Virus record (IMG/VR): IMGVR_UViG_3300025066_000004
Direction: 5' to 3' (one strand)
DNA: 64,000 bases
Source: an uncultured virus (IMG/VR IMGVR_UViG_3300025066_000004)
Lineage: Duplodnaviria > Heunggongvirae > Uroviricota > Caudoviricetes
The notes beneath the pieces were generated by a model. It was not told the DNA's origin and did no database searches. It saw only the letters and a program-made list of their open reading frames with translations. Each line of letters starts with the position of its first letter. The stretch's first letter is position 1. This document shows, one piece after another, positions 62,495 to 64,000 of this stretch. The position numbers and the translations under genes were made by a program.

Positions 62495-63811
62495 ATGGAA
62501 ATTGACCAAAATCTCGCCCAAAACATCGACTCCGCAGTCGAAGAATTAGACCGAATTTTCACCCATTTTTACCTTCCCGACTTACCCTTAGAAGAGTTCA
62601 GGACCCGGCTTGAGCCATGCCTTGATGAACTGCACACTTTTGCCAAATCTGCAGGGCTAACCCTAGATGAAGAAATCAAGCTATACTATACCTCTCAGCC
62701 AGACTCCGACATTAAAGAAGGTGTAGTGCTCCCCACATTCAATTTCGCAGAATTCTTAACCTACGAACCCGCTCCTGAGAAATTCCTCATAGAAGGAATC
62801 CTCCCAGAAAACACTCCAGCCGTCTTGTACGGAACAGGGGGTGTCGGAAAATCGTACTTAACCATCCAGCAAGCCGTTGCCTTGGCAACCGGACTCCCTT
62901 ACTTAGACCGCTTCGAGGTCAAAGAAAAAAGGCAAGTCTTAATCATTGCCCAAGAAGACTCCAAAAACCAAATCCATTTACGAATCAAAAGAATCCTCGA
63001 GCATCTGTGTGAAATCCACGATCTCAATCCAAAAGACTTGGCTGAAGATCTTAAGAACATCGTTGCCGTGGACTTCTCTCAACTCAGAAAAGACCATCGC
63101 AAGATGAAAAGGAATCTCACTGACCCTTCAGAGGAGTTTTTCAACTCAATCAAGCAAACGGTTAACAGTTTAGGAAACGTGGGTCTCATAATCGCAGACC
63201 CTCTAAACAAACTTTATGGTTCTGACATGAACGCCAATGACTTAGCAACAGACTTCATGCTCCGCATTGAAGATCTCTGTGAAACTCTAAACGTCACTGT
63301 TGAAATCATCCATCACAAAAACAAAACTTCAGATTCTGTAAAATTCCGTTCTTACGGAGCAGGAGGCTCAATGGGAGCCGCTTCTTTCATTAACGGCGCT
63401 CGTCATGCAATCGAGGTAGACAAAGCCAACAAGCAAAACGACAAAATTCCTTCTGAAGATAGGGGTAACACCTTCCTTCACAACATTTCCAAATCCAATT
63501 ACATGGCAGATGGAGATGAAAGAATTTTTTACATGAGAAAAAACACTAATGGAGTCCTCTATTACTTTGATATCGAAAAACTCCGCATTGAAAGGGAGAA
63601 AAACCAAGAACGCCTCCAACTTGAGCGTCAAGAAGACCTGGCTCTCAAATGTAGAACTGCTCTAGACCGAGGTCCTTTGAGAAAAATGGCTTTTTACGAA
63701 GCAATTGGTTATGAGAAATCAACCGGGGCTAAAAAACTCAAAGAAGCCTTAGCTTCTAACATCGTCGCTCTCGACGATAAAGGTCAGGTGGCTTTAAGTG
63801 CGCAAAACTGA
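62495..63811 (+). CDS. RepA-like (AAA_25, RecA-fold) replicative helicase
   Basis: AAAGGA SD + ATG 62495; FLIEGILP, GTGGVGKS, QED, LIIADPL, IIHH.NK, GAASF...AR, KSNY. Confidence 0.9.
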   Translation: MEIDQNLAQNIDSAVEELDRIFTHFYLPDLPLEEFRTRLEPCLDELHTFAKSAGLTLDEEIKLYYTSQPDSDIKEGVVLPTFNFAEFLTYEPAPEKFLIEGILPENTPAVLYGTGGVGKSYLTIQQAVALATGLPYLDRFEVKEKRQVLIIAQEDSKNQIHLRIKRILEHLCEIHDLNPKDLAEDLKNIVAVDFSQLRKDHRKMKRNLTDPSEEFFNSIKQTVNSLGNVGLIIADPLNKLYGSDMNANDLATDFMLRIEDLCETLNVTVEIIHHKNKTSDSVKFRSYGAGGSMGAASFINGARHAIEVDKANKQNDKIPSEDRGNTFLHNISKSNYMADGDERIFYMRKNTNGVLYYFDIEKLRIEREKNQERLQLERQEDLALKCRTALDRGPLRKMAFYEAIGYEKSTGAKKLKEALASNIVALDDKGQVALSAQN

Positions 63812-63968
63812 TGGCAAGGATTTTACTGACCGGGAAATTATCTCCAAACTTTGTACTCGAGTTCTCGAACTCCAGGACCGCTTAAACAAGCTCGAAGGAA
63901 ACTGTCGCTCAGACCAAATATCTAAAGCAATCGCTAATGATCCTCGACATAGCTATAAACTAAAATAA
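63798..63968 (+). CDS. 56-aa hypothetical protein (not in ORF track)
   Basis: AGGTGG SD + GTG; VRKTDGKDFTDREII...YKLK. Confidence 0.5.
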   Translation: MRKTDGKDFTDREIISKLCTRVLELQDRLNKLEGNCRSDQISKAIANDPRHSYKLK

Positions 63969-64000
63969 TTTATAATTTTTTTCTTTTCCCCTCTTCTTCG

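Noticed and set aside
1..64000. Genome-wide TAG reassignment
   Set aside because: Long genes are intact in the standard code and several genes end in TAG; only one in-frame TAG case seen
1..64000. Prophage or temperate module
   Set aside because: No integrase, CI-like repressor with peptidase, parAB or host genes recognised

Overview
The window is almost an entire (probably near-complete, circularly permuted) tailed dsDNA phage genome of podovirus-like build, with no integrase, tRNA, CRISPR array or reverse transcriptase recognisable. The + strand (about 475-22556, plus 62495-63968) carries many small early genes, a C5 DNA methyltransferase, an SF2 helicase, a family-A DNA polymerase, a PD-(D/E)XK nuclease, a prim-pol primase, a RuvC-like resolvase and, separately, a RepA/AAA_25-type helicase. 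The - strand (61950 to about 22582) carries terminase, portal, tail fibre, scaffold, an N4-gp56-type capsid, nozzle, ejection proteins, a 4065-aa polyvalent protein ending in a thermonuclease domain, and an unusual four-gene lysis cassette. A partial terminase small subunit gene runs off the left edge. The best candidate for a new system is the lysis cassette: a CheY-like receiver protein, an RlpA-like endolysin, a secreted FGE/CLec-fold protein and a holin-like gene. The holin-like gene has a candidate -1 frameshift site and hairpin that would add a 48-aa four-beta-strand tail ending in Phe, like an outer-membrane anchor. Other highlights are a switch-like 5' leader on the helicase gene, a terminase with a second degenerate nuclease domain, tandem FtsK-gamma-like repeats in the giant protein, a gene split by a captured foreign fragment, and a possible ring-nuclease-type anti-CRISPR. 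All family assignments come from motif recognition by eye, not database searches.
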